A DNA stretch of 64,000 bases from Centroscyllium fabricii. Taxonomy: Eukaryota. Under the pieces are notes generated by a model. The model was not told the DNA's origin. It did not search any database and saw only the letters and a program-made list of their open reading frames with translations. Below are positions 1 through 9,869 of this stretch, piece by piece. The stretch's first letter is position 1. Each line of letters opens with the position of its first letter. The stretch lies in assembly GCA_051313645.2 (NCBI GenBank), contig JBNRSN020000002.1:22754001-22818000 (forward strand), in the 5' to 3' direction. The position numbers and the translations under genes were made by a program.

Positions 1-1910
1 ACCATTACCCTTTGTCTCCTATCCCCCAGCCAATTTTGAATCCACTGTGCCAAGTTGCCCTGTATCCCATGTGCTTTAACCTTTGTTATTAGTCTCCTAT
101 GTGGGACTTTATCAAAAGCCTTGCTGAAGTCCATATACACCACGTCCACCGTACTCCCTTCATCCACCCTCTTTGTTACCTCTTCAAAAAATTCCAAGAG
201 ATTAGTTAGGCACGACTTACCTTTGACGAAGCCATGTTGACTACCCCTTATCAGACCCTGCTTTTCCAAATGCAGACTGATTTTGTCCCTCAGAATTTTT
301 TCCATTACTTTCCCCACTACAGATGTAAGACTGATTGGCCTATAGTTACCCGGTTTGTCCCTACTACCCTTTTTAAACAGGGGTACTACATTAGCCGTTC
401 TCCAGTCCTTGGGTACATCCCCTGACGCGAGAGAGGACCTGAAAATTTGAGACAGGGGGCCCGCAAGCTCTTCCCTGGCCTCAAACAGCAGCCTGGGGAA
501 CATCGCGTCCGGCCCTGGTGATTTGTCTACCTTTAAGCTTCCCAAGATTTCTAGTACTTCTTCCCTTGTAATGGTAATATCCTCAATTACCCCCCCTACA
601 CTCTGTCCGATTACGATGTCGGTTCCGTCCCTCTCTCTTGTGAATACTGAAGAGAAAAATTCGTTTAGTACCTCCCCCACCGCCTCGGGCTCGACGCACA
701 GCTTTCCGCTATCGTCCTTAATGGGCCCCACTCTTTCCCTCGTGATCCTTTTGTTTTTTATATAACTGTAAAATGCCTTAGGGTTATCCTTGATTTTGCC
801 GGCCATTGCAATCTCATGACCCCCCTTGGCTTTTCTTATCTCCTTCTTTAATTCCCCCCTATACTTCTTATACTCCCCTAGCGCCTCCTCAGTTTTTAGC
901 CGTTTATATTCATTGAAGGCCCCCCTTTTTTTCTTCATTAATTTACATATATCCCTAGACATCCAAGGTTCCTTTTGTTTACCTCCCCCGCCCTTGATTT
1001 TTGCAGGAACATGTTCCTCCTGTATCTTCCCGACCTTCCCTCTGAAGGCCTCCCACTGCTCTGATGCAGATCTTCCTCTGAGAAGATGGCCCCAGTCTAC
1101 TGCGGCTACATCGCGCCTAATTTTAATGAAATCCGCCTTCCCCCAGTTTAGTACTTTTACCCCTGGTCCATTTTTATCCTTCTCTATTACAATCTTGAAA
1201 CTACCTGAATTGTGGTCGCTATCCCCGAAGTGCTCCCCCACTGTTACCTCCTCTATCTGCCCGTCTTTGTTCCCAAGTATTAGGTCTAGTACCGCCGCCT
1301 CCCTTGTAGGTGACCCAACATATTGCTTCAAAAAACTCTCTTGGCTGCATTTTAAGAATGCTGAACCTTCCGTGCCCCTCACACTCTGACAATCCCAGTT
1401 GATGTTGGGGAAATTAAAGTCCCCTAATATTATTACTTTGTTATTTTCGCTTATCTTCGTGATTTGCTCACATATCTTACCCTCCATCTCCCCTTTACTG
1501 TTTGGTGGTCTATAATATACTCCCAGTAAGGTGCCCCCCCCCTTTTTATTTTTTACCTCCACCCATAGTGCCTCGTTTGAGGAATCATCCATTAGGTCGA
1601 CCCGCCTGATGGCTGTGATTGAATCCTTAATCAGTATCGCTACCCCCCCTCCCCTTTTTCCCTCGTCTCTGTCCCGCCTGAAAATTCTATACCCCGGAAT
1701 ATTTAGCTGCCATTCCTGCCCCTCCTTCAGCCACGTCTCCGTGATAGCTACTATATCATATTCCCATGCGTCAACCAATACCTTTAACTCATCCACCTTG
1801 TTAGTCAGACTCCTTGCGTTAAAATATATACCTTTCATTCTCTGACCTAATACTACCTTGTTTTGCTGTCTAGTCTGCTTTCCTTTATTAGGTTGTATTC
1901 CCCTACCCAT
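1..1910 (-). CDS. CR1 ORF2p (APE endonuclease + start of RT), partial at window edge
   Basis: ATG at 1910 is in frame with MKGIYFNARSLTNKVDEL and with RQRVMV at the window start; the ORF track shows no stop-terminated minus-strand pieces here, consistent with an open frame. Confidence 0.8.
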   Translation of the reverse strand, partial: MGRGIQPNKGKQTRQQNKVVLGQRMKGIYFNARSLTNKVDELKVLVDAWEYDIVAITETWLKEGQEWQLNIPGYRIFRRDRDEGKRGGGVAILIKDSITAIRRVDLMDDSSNEALWVEVKNKKGGGTLLGVYYRPPNSKGEMEGKICEQITKISENNKVIILGDFNFPNINWDCQSVRGTEGSAFLKCSQESFLKQYVGSPTREAAVLDLILGNKDGQIEEVTVGEHFGDSDHNSGSFKIVIEKDKNGPGVKVLNWGKADFIKIRRDVAAVDWGHLLRGRSASEQWEAFRGKVGKIQEEHVPAKIKGGGGKQKEPWMSRDICKLMKKKRGAFNEYKRLKTEEALGEYKKYRGELKKEIRKAKGGHEIAMAGKIKDNPKAFYSYIKNKRITRERVGPIKDDSGKLCVEPEAVGEVLNEFFSSVFTRERDGTDIVIGQSVGGVIEDITITREEVLEILGSLKVDKSPGPDAMFPRLLFEAREELAGPLSQIFRSSLASGDVPKDWRTANVVPLFKKGSRDKPGNYRPISLTSVVGKVMEKILRDKISLHLEKQGLIRGSQHGFVKGKSCLTNLLEFFEEVTKRVDEGSTVDVVYMDFSKAFDKVPHRRLITKVKAHGIQGNLAQWIQNWLGDRRQRVM

Positions 1911-1945
1911 TATGCCTTCACTCTGGATCCCCTCCCCCTGCCAAT

Positions 1946-2770
1946 TTAGTTTAAACCCACCCCAACCCGACTATCAAACCTTCCCGCAAGGATATTGGTC
2001 CCATTCCGGTTCAGGTGCAACCCGTCCGGCATGTACAGGTTCCACTTACCCCAGAAGCAAGACCAATTGTCCAAAAAGCTGAAACCCTCCTTCCTACACC
2101 AACTTCTTAGCCACGAATTAAGCTGCTCTATCTTACGGTTCCTATACTCACTAGCTCGTGGCACTGGGAGTAATCCAGAGATTACAACCTTTGGGGTCCT
2201 GCTTTTTAGCTTTTTACCCAGCTCCCTAAATTCTCTTTGCAGGACCTCGTCCCCCTTTTTTCCTATGTCGTTGGTGCCAATGTGGACCACAACTTCTACC
2301 TGGTTCCCCTCCCCCCTCAAGATGTCCTGCAGCCGATCCGTGACATCCCGGACCCTGGCACCAGGGAGGCAAGTAACCATCCTGGTGTCACGTCTGCGGC
2401 CGCAGAACCGCCTCTCTGTGCCCCTTACAATTGAATCCCCTATTACTACTGCTGGCACATTAGTTTCCCTCCCATTCTGGGCAGCCCCAGCACCCCTAGT
2501 GCCAGGAAGTAGGCTGCTGCTGCCCTCCCCTGGTAGGTCCTCCCCCTCCACAGTATTCAAAGCGGTATAACTGTTGGACAGGGGGACGGCCACAGGGGTT
2601 CCCTGCACTTCCTTCCTCACTCTGGCACTCCTCTTGGTGGTCACCCAATTTCCTTCTATCTGGTCTACTCTAGTCTTTGGTGTGACCACCCTCTCAAACG
2701 TGCTGTCCACGACCCGCTCATCGTTGCCTACGCCCCATAATGCATCCATCCGCAGCTCCAGCGCCGCCAT
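1946..2770 (-). CDS. CR1 ORF1p, SGNH/GDSL esterase-like domain (partial)
   Basis: VVIGDSIVR, CLPGA, VHIGTND and DGLHLN blocks of SGNH hydrolases, typical of CR1/L2 ORF1. Confidence 0.88.
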   Translation of the reverse strand: MAALELRMDALWGVGNDERVVDSTFERVVTPKTRVDQIEGNWVTTKRSARVRKEVQGTPVAVPLSNSYTALNTVEGEDLPGEGSSSLLPGTRGAGAAQNGRETNVPAVVIGDSIVRGTERRFCGRRRDTRMVTCLPGARVRDVTDRLQDILRGEGNQVEVVVHIGTNDIGKKGDEVLQREFRELGKKLKSRTPKVVISGLLPVPRASEYRNRKIEQLNSWLRSWCRKEGFSFLDNWSCFWGKWNLYMPDGLHLNRNGTNILAGRFDSRVGVGLN

Positions 2771-2782
2771 GCGGTCGGCTAA

Positions 2783-3000
2783 GTTATCTATCTTGTTACG
2801 AATGCTGCGTGCATTCAGATAAACAGCTTATAACCTTTTCTCCATATCATTTTTACCTACTCTCAAACAATTTGCTGGCGCATGCTTATGTTAGTACGCT
2901 GTCTCCTCCTGTGTCACTCTGGTCATCATTACCCCTGTCGCTACCCTGCACTACTGTCTTCTCCTTTCTCTGACTTTCTAAATTCCCCTTCACCCGAAAC
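2783..3000 (-). mobile_element. Older CR1 fragment (inter-ORF region and ORF2 start)
   Basis: Minus strand reads YLNARSIRNKIDNL, abutting the 5' end of the young CR1. Confidence 0.6.
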
Positions 3001-3349
3001 CTCCCCCCCCGCCCCCCACCCCCACTATTTATGCTCTCCAGAAAAAAACATCAAAATTGAGGGGTTTTAAATATATATAAATAAAAGAACAATTTGTAGT
3101 CCGTCTGTAATTGCTGTATTTCATCGATCACTAATAGAATAAAAATTCAATCTTCTGCGAATAATTCTTTCACCACACTGATGCGCACCTACAATCTATT
3201 TGGAGCTTGTGTTCAAAAGCATCGGTTTCTGACCCCATTTATACAAGAGATGGCAGCAATATCGAACTGTCTGTCAACATTTACTAAGAAATAAAAAAGG
3301 TAATGAAACTAAAAATCACCAGGCTGAGATGGTATGCATACCACAGTAC

Positions 3350-4100
3350 TGAAGGAAGTTGGCAAATAGATTGCAAAGCCATGGACGATAATTTTCCAAA
3401 ATTGTTTGCACAAGAGGACTGTGCTAAAGGAAGAGAGAGTTGCAACATCCCTGTTAAAGAAAGCAGAAAGGGATAAACCAGGAAATTATAGGCCTAAAGT
3501 CCATCCAAAAGCAAGGCGAGACTATTTGGCCCATCAGTTTAGGATGAAATTATTTAACACTTAAATGGCCAATCAGGATTTCTAAATGATAGGTCACACT
3601 TAACACTCTACTTGTAATTATTTGAGCAAGTCACGGTGCCAAGATAAAAGGGAACGCAATTAAATCTGTTTCTGCACATTTTTAAAAGCAGTTAACAGCT
3701 TTCTGCACAAGAGAATTATGAAAATCTAAAGCATATGGCATTATAGGGGATGTGCCACATGTTTACAGGGGTGGCTAGAGTCAGAAAGCACAGAGTAGGG
3801 ATAAATCACGTATTTTTGGATTGGCCAGATGCAGCTCGTACCCCCGGGGATCTGCAGTGGGACGATTGTTGACTTTCCACTTATGCAAGTGATTTGGACT
3901 TAGAAAATATAAGTTACTAAACTGAAGTTTGCAGAAAAGGGGTACGGCACACTACAATGATTTATGCAACAAGACAAATTAGCAGAGTGGGGTCAACATG
4001 CAAAAGATACAACTTAATGCAGGAGAAATGTGAAGCACCACACTTTGGGAAAAACTACTCAAGGAAGCACAGCCTAAATGATGAGATGGAAAAGTGAAGA
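3350..4100 (+). mobile_element. Highly decayed CR1 ORF2 fragment
   Basis: Remnants of D-KPGNYRP, K..GI.G and KCE..HFG.KN motifs with many indels. Confidence 0.55.
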
Positions 4101-4109
4101 TGAAGAATC

Positions 4110-4650
4110 TCCTCCAGCCCCCACCACCTCCCACGGATCTACAATTGGACCCTTCCTATTTCTCATCTACATACTACCCCTCGGCAACATCATCCAAAGA
4201 GACGTCAGGTTCCACAAATATGCTGACAACACCCAGCTCCACCTCACCACATCTCTCTCGACCTCTCCACTGCCTCCATGTTGTCAGATTGCTTTCCCAA
4301 CATCCAGTCCTGGATGAGGTGACATTTCCTCCAATTAAACAATGGAAAGACCAAAATTCCTGTCTTGGGCCCCGAGCACAAATTCCATTCCCTCGCCAAT
4401 AATTCCATCCCCCTCACTGGCCACTGTCGCAGGTTGAACCAGACTGCTCACAACCTATTTGACATTGATCCGAGCTTCTGACCCCCATACCCTCTCCATC
4501 ACACCGACCAACTACTTCCACGTCCGTAACATCACCCCCGCCTCGCCTCAGTCCATCTGCTGTTGCAACCCTCGTTCATGTTTCTGTTGCCTCAAGTCGG
4601 AGCCATTGCATCTCTCCCCTGGCGGACTCCCATCTTCCATTTTGTGTCTG
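4110..4650 (+). mobile_element. Decayed L2-type LINE RT fragment
   Basis: GSTIGPFLFLIYILPLGNII..FHKYADNTQL. Confidence 0.7.
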
Positions 4651-4754
4651 ATTACGCCAACGTTAAAAGGCACTGTATAAATAGAAGTTGTTGTAATAAA
4701 ATAATGGTCGCAGAGCTGGAGGAAGATATTCGGAGGGGTAACCAACAGCTTGGT

Positions 4755-4863
4755 CAAAGGTTTGGAAAAAAGGTAATCGGCCTGAAACGTTAACTCTGCT
4801 CCTCTTTCCACTGATGCTGCCTGGCCTGCTGAGTTTCTCCAGCGTTTTCTGTTGTTATTTCAG
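4755..4863 (+). repeat. Short repeat, probably Penelope-terminus-derived, with a decayed hammerhead-like core
   Basis: aaaggtaatcggcctgaaacgttaac...ctgatgctgcctggcctgctgagtttctccagc; related copies at ~28665-28740, ~30720-30810 (-) and 40313-40460. Confidence 0.5.
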
Positions 4864-5054
4864 CTTGGTCAAAGAGATGGCTTTTCAGAAGGGTAGTGAA
4901 GGCGGCAAGGGAGGGGGAGGGATTTCATTAGTGAATTCCATAGCGTGGGGTCTCGCAGTTGAAATCATGGCCACCAATTGTGTGGCAAAGATAGCATCTT
5001 CTGCAAGCTACTGTCTAATTATTATTAAGGAAAGCATCACAAGCTTTGTCTGAA

Positions 5055-5844
5055 GATTGTGCAACCTTGTTTAGATGGTACATCCTTCATGAAACCACGT
5101 AGTAAGAGACCCAGTTTCCAGTGGTTATCTTGTATCGATGGGATCATGGCATGGAAACCGTTAGTTGTCGGTTTCTTGACCGACCTTTGCCTCCTCATTC
5201 GTGCGCTGCCGAACGGTATGGATGTGCCACGCACGGCAGGTTCTGGGCGGCTGTAGTGACACTACAATACTTTTAATACAATTACTTTTAATACTTTGTA
5301 ATAGTGTGAAGTGGGAGAGAAAGCATCGTGATCCACAGCCCACTCACAGGGGCAGGGTTAGTGTGTTCAACAGTGGACTGCGGTTTCAGCACAAGCAGCT
5401 GAGCCCCTTGACTGAGGCGGACAGTCACCAGGCTGCAGCTGTCAGCCAGAGTCCAGGCTCCCGTCACAAACCGGCTCGGCGGCAGCAGCAACCCCAAAGG
5501 CGATGGCAAGGGAAGGCGAACCGACTGGGCCCGACCCGCGCCCGCACAACCCTCCTTCTCCCCCTGCAAGACCGGCCTTTCACTGCAGCCCGACAGCCCT
5601 AAAAGCTCAACGGAAGGCCACAAAAGCCTGAGCCCGTAGGCCGGCCAGTCTAAAAACTTAGCGGCAGCCATTATTGCATGATCTGCGCATGCGCTCGTTG
5701 TTCGACAGCCATTTCCAATGTTGTGCGCATGCACGCGGCCATTTTGAATGGTGCGCGCATCTGTCTGACTTCATTCTCCCCGTTTTTTCACTTTCCCGGC
5801 ATGGGACTAGCCCCACCCATGCCAAATTAACGATGCACAACCTG
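5055..5844. mobile_element. Tc1/mariner-Tigger-like MITE (CAGGTTG TIR family), left end uncertain
   Basis: Right end ttaacgatgcacaacctg|TA; internal tgcgcatgc and ggccatttt motifs shared with the 16410 and 46717 copies. Confidence 0.5.
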
Positions 5845-6924
5845 TATCTGCTGTATAGCGTTGGTTGGAGGTACTGTGTAGCGAAGAAGTCTTGCTCGAA
5901 CTTGTGCATGAAGGCGTTGGCATAGTGGGGTGCAAATTTGGTCCCCATGGCTGTTCCGTGTGTTTGGGTAAAAAACTGGTTGTCTAAGGTGAAGATATTG
6001 TGGTCAAGGATGAAGCGGATGAGTTGTAGGATGATGTCTGGAGATTGGCTGCTGTTGGTGTTGAGTACTGAGGCTGTCACAGCGATGCAGTCATCGTGGG
6101 GGACTGGTGTAGAGTGCCGAGACGTCCATTGTGGCGAGGGGTGTTCCTGGTTCAACTGGTCCATGGGTGCGGAGTTTCTGTAAGAAGTCTGTAGTGTCGC
6201 GACAGAAGCTGGGGGTTCCCTGTACGATGGGTTTCAGGATGCTCTCGATGTATCCAGAGAGGTTCTCACACAGGGTTCTGTTGCCTGATACAATAGGGTG
6301 TCCAGTGTGTTGGCTTTGTGTATCTCTGGGAGGCAGTAGAAATCTCCCACACGGGGATTGCATGGGATGAGAGCGGGTAGGATGCTCTGAAAGTCTGGAT
6401 AGAAGGTCTTGATCAGTCTGTTGAGTTGGCGGGTCCTGGCTTCATGTCACGCTACATGTAACCCCACCTGACGAAGAGTCATCCAGACTCAAGGCATCTT
6501 TGGCTTGTCCTCACTACACAGATGCGGCTGTACCGGCTGCGATTTCCAGCAAGAAGAATCTTTTTTTGACAATTGTTCTGTGTTGGTTTTCACAGACCCC
6601 AGACTGTGCAACATTTGACCCTTTGTGACTCCACCTCATTGTTCTTCGGATGGTGCCTGCCTGCCTGACTGACCTGTTTGGACACCATTCACACCTTTGA
6701 TTGCTATGAATGTCTCTCTGCCGAGGTGTGATGAAGGGCAGTTGGAAAGATTACATTGTTCTCCGACTATATATGCTGCGTCTTTATGCATCTCTACTGC
6801 ACCTGATGAAGGAGCAATGCTCCGAAAGCTTGTGATTTCAAATAAAACTGTTGGGACTATAACCTGGTGTTGTGTGACTTCTTACATTTGTCCACCCCAG
6901 TCCAACACCGGCACCTCCACATCA
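5845..6924. mobile_element. Penelope-like element remnant: inverted RT fragment (-) plus ORF end and terminal repeat (+)
   Basis: Minus strand: PIVSG..LCENLSGYIESILKP, DTTDFLQKL, ATMDVSALYT, QTHGTAMGTKFAP.YAN.FM (PLE RT). Plus strand from 6435: PGFMSRYM* then a terminal region with a hammerhead motif, ending cacctccacatca. Confidence 0.8.
6800..6834 (+). ncRNA. Minimal type I hammerhead ribozyme motif
   Basis: cac-CTGATGA-a-ggagc(aat)gctcc-GAA-AGCT-T-gtg: conserved core, 5-bp stem II, palindromic tetranucleotide in place of stem III, short stem I. Confidence 0.75.
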
Positions 6925-7054
6925 AAGATTATTTCAGGTCTGGACAGACTGGATGCAGGAAGGATGTTTCTGATGAAAGGGGAGTCCAGAATCAGGGGAC
7001 ATAGTCTAAGGATAAGGGGAAAGCTATTTAGGACTGAGAGGAGTCCTAAATAGA

Positions 7055-8047
7055 TCGGTTTTGGGTCCCTTGCTGTTTGTAATCTATATTAATGATTTGG
7101 ATATCACCGTAAAAGGCATGATCAGCAAGTTTGCAGATGACACGAAGATAGGAGGGGTGGTAAATAGTGAGGAAGAGATCTGCAGGCTGCAGGGGGATAT
7201 AGATGAGCTGGTCAGATGGGCGGAACAGTGGCAAATGGAATTTAACCCTGAAAAGTGCGAAGTGATGCATTTTGGCAGGACTAACGGAGTGGGAATACAC
7301 CATGAATGGTAGGACTCTAGGGAAGACAGATGATCAGAGGGACCTTGGTGTACAGGTACACAAGTCCTTGAAGGCAGCAGGGCAGGTGGGTAGGGTGGTC
7401 AAGAAGGCATATGGGATACTTGCCTTCATTAGCAGGGGCATAGAATATAAAAGTAAGGAGGTGATGATGGAGCTGTACAAAACACTGGTGAGGCCACAGC
7501 TGGAGTATTGTGTGCAGTTCTGGTCGCCACACTATAGGAAGGATGTGATAGCTTTGGAGAGGGTGCAGAGGAGATTCACCAGGATGCTGCCTGGGATGGA
7601 GAGCCTCAGCTATGAGGAGAGACTGGACAGGCTGGGGTTGTTTTCCTTGGAGCAGAGGAGGCTGAGAGGGGACATGATTGAGGTGTACAAAATCATGAGG
7701 GGCATAGATAAGGTAGGTGGCGGGGAACTTTTTCCATTGGTGGAAGGGTCAATAACGAGGGGGCATAGATACAGGGTGAGAGGCAGGAGGTTTTGGGGGG
7801 ATGTGAGGAAGAACTTTTTCACCCAGAGGGTGGTTGGAGTCTGGAACTCACTACCTGAAAGGGTGGTAGAGGCGGGAACAGTCACAACGTTCAAGAAGCA
7901 TTTGGATGTACACTTGAAAGGTTACAACATACAAGGCTACGGTCCAAATGCAGGAAAGTGGGATTAGAATAGACTAGGTTTGGATGGGCGGCACGGACGT
8001 GATGGGCCGAAGGGCCTCTTTCTGTGCTGTATGACTATGACTCTATG
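7055..8047 (+). mobile_element. CR1 3' fragment (RT C-terminus + tail) nested in an older CR1 (6925-7045, 8048-8268)
   Basis: [34 protein letters not shown]; (CTATGA)-like tail. Confidence 0.88.
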
Positions 8048-8886
8048 AGGGGGAATTTCTTCACCCAGAGTGCGGTGGAGGCCGGTTCATTAAATATATT
8101 CAAGAAGGAGTTGGATATATTTCTTCAGGCTGAAGGGATCAAGGGATATGGGGAGAAGGCAGGTACGGGGTACTGAATTTGGATGATCAGCCATGATCTC
8201 ATTGAATGGCGGAGCAGGCTCGAAGGGCCGAATGGCCGACTCCTGCTCCAATCTTCTATGTTTCTGTGTTTAACCTTGTGGAGGATGAGTTTTGCCAGGT
8301 TGTATCTCAACATCTGTCTCAGTATTTTACAATGTATGCTTTGTGTTTTAACATCTTCACTTCTTTTGCTTCTTTTGGAACTGTGGGACATTCTGCAAAT
8401 GATAAAGAATTGGTACATCTGCAAGGGAATCTAACACTTTGGCTACTTTTTACATCAAAGAAAAGCATTCAACTTCACAGAAACAGAAGTTTTCACCAAC
8501 CACCGAGTAAAGCATCGTACTATCCTTGAAATTATGGGTTTGGCACTCTCACTGAATTAGAGAGGACTGCACAAGAGTGAGATGAGATTTGTGTCCGACA
8601 GCTGTAAACCCTCAGTTCAAGGCTAAAGTACATCATTTCAGAAAAACTTAAAAAGGATAAACTGTGACACTAGGCAGTGGTGTCTTCTAGTTGGGAGTTT
8701 TGAGCTGCCCTAGTATTCCTCCAACTGAATAGAAAACAAGAATTCAAACTCTCATCATGCAATTTACTAATGAACAGCAAGTTTGGTGACATCCTTAAAG
8801 TCTTATTTACTGAATAATCATCAAATTGTCTTTTCATTCCTCTCTCTTCGAAGAATTCTCTGTTGTGAACTGTAAACACACTCTAC

Positions 8887-9388
8887 ATTTAAGAAATAGG
8901 ATCAGGAGTAGGCCAATCGGCCCCTCGCGCCCGCTCCGCCATTCAATAAGATCATGGCTGATCTGATCACAACCTCAAATCTACTTTCAATCTCCATTCC
9001 ACCTGAACCCATGTGACCTCCCGGGAGAGGCGAAAAAACAGGTAAAAACCCAATGGCCAATTTGGGGGAAATAAAATCTGGGAAGTTCCTCTCCGACCCA
9101 TCTAGGCGATCGAAACTCATCCAGGAGATCACTCTGGCCCTGAATTTCCTGCAGAACCTACCTTCTGTAAGAGGTGACCAGGCCACACGGCCCCCCGGGC
9201 CCGCTCTGCCAAGCAACAGGACAATGGCCGATCCGAACCTAGACTCACGTCCCACTCACCGTAACCCCTAATTCCCTTTACTTCTGGGAAACGGTCCATC
9301 TCCGTTTTAAATTTATTTAATGTTGTAGCTTCCACAGCTCTCCGGGGCAGCAAATTCCACAGACCTACCTCCCTCTGAGTGAAGAATT
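8887..9388 (-). mobile_element. CR1 3' end with structured 3' UTR module
   Basis: ORF2 C-terminus (AVEATTLNKFK), 3' tail, module 9013-9132. Confidence 0.8.
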
Positions 9389-9433
9389 TACATATTGCTT
9401 GCTATCTACATTGACATGTTGCTTGATACTTAC

Positions 9434-9562
9434 TTGTAGGTTATGTTAAATCCAGTCAGATTATAGGCAGCATCGCTGAAAAAATGTAGCAGAGCATAGC
9501 CAGATCTTGCAACAACTTCAGGTATAGTCTCATTTCCATTCTTCTCAGGTACGATTAAACCA
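9434..9562 (-). CDS. ATRN: Attractin-family coding exon (end of CUB domain)
   Basis: 129-bp exon, polypyrimidine-cag|TGGTTTA...TACAA|gtaagt; (S)GLIVPEKNGNETIPEVVARSGYALLHFFSDAAYNLTGFNITY; FNITY is ATRN-type. Confidence 0.92.
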
Positions 9563-9869
9563 CTGGGGAGAGAAAGGAGAACACAAAAAAAATTAATTGG
9601 AGTTTTGGAAATTACATTGCACTCAATGCACTCATGAAGTGGATATTTTAGGAAATTTATACAACTTGGGGCATCCCGATATCTCCGTGCACCTGCCCAG
9701 GGAGTAACTGAGCCGTACCGATGAGTAAGATTCCAGATGTGTGCAGATGCAGCTGATCTCAGCATGAGCAGCGAAGCGAGTATGAGAATAACCTCAGCAC
9801 TCCGGGGGGGGTGGGGAAAGAAAATCTACCAGGGTTGCTGACACCTGGCCGCTACCCAGAAGTGCAACT

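Larger units (their letters stand above)
1..2782 (-). mobile_element. Young CR1-clade LINE, 5'-truncated within ORF1, running off the window start
   Basis: ORF1 esterase followed by ORF2 (YFNARSL APE start, RT-proximal motifs); 1-540 is a close reverse complement of 58010-58555. Confidence 0.92.

Noticed and set aside
55-2822. Series of plus-strand ORFs up to 191 aa
   Set aside because: Antisense shadows of CR1 ORF1/ORF2; no independent coding signal
9013-9132. Antisense reading of the CR1 module as a hammerhead (cgaaac..tc-caggagatcac)
   Set aside because: GAAAC is present but no CUGANGA core follows the closing stem; kept only as an unknown structure
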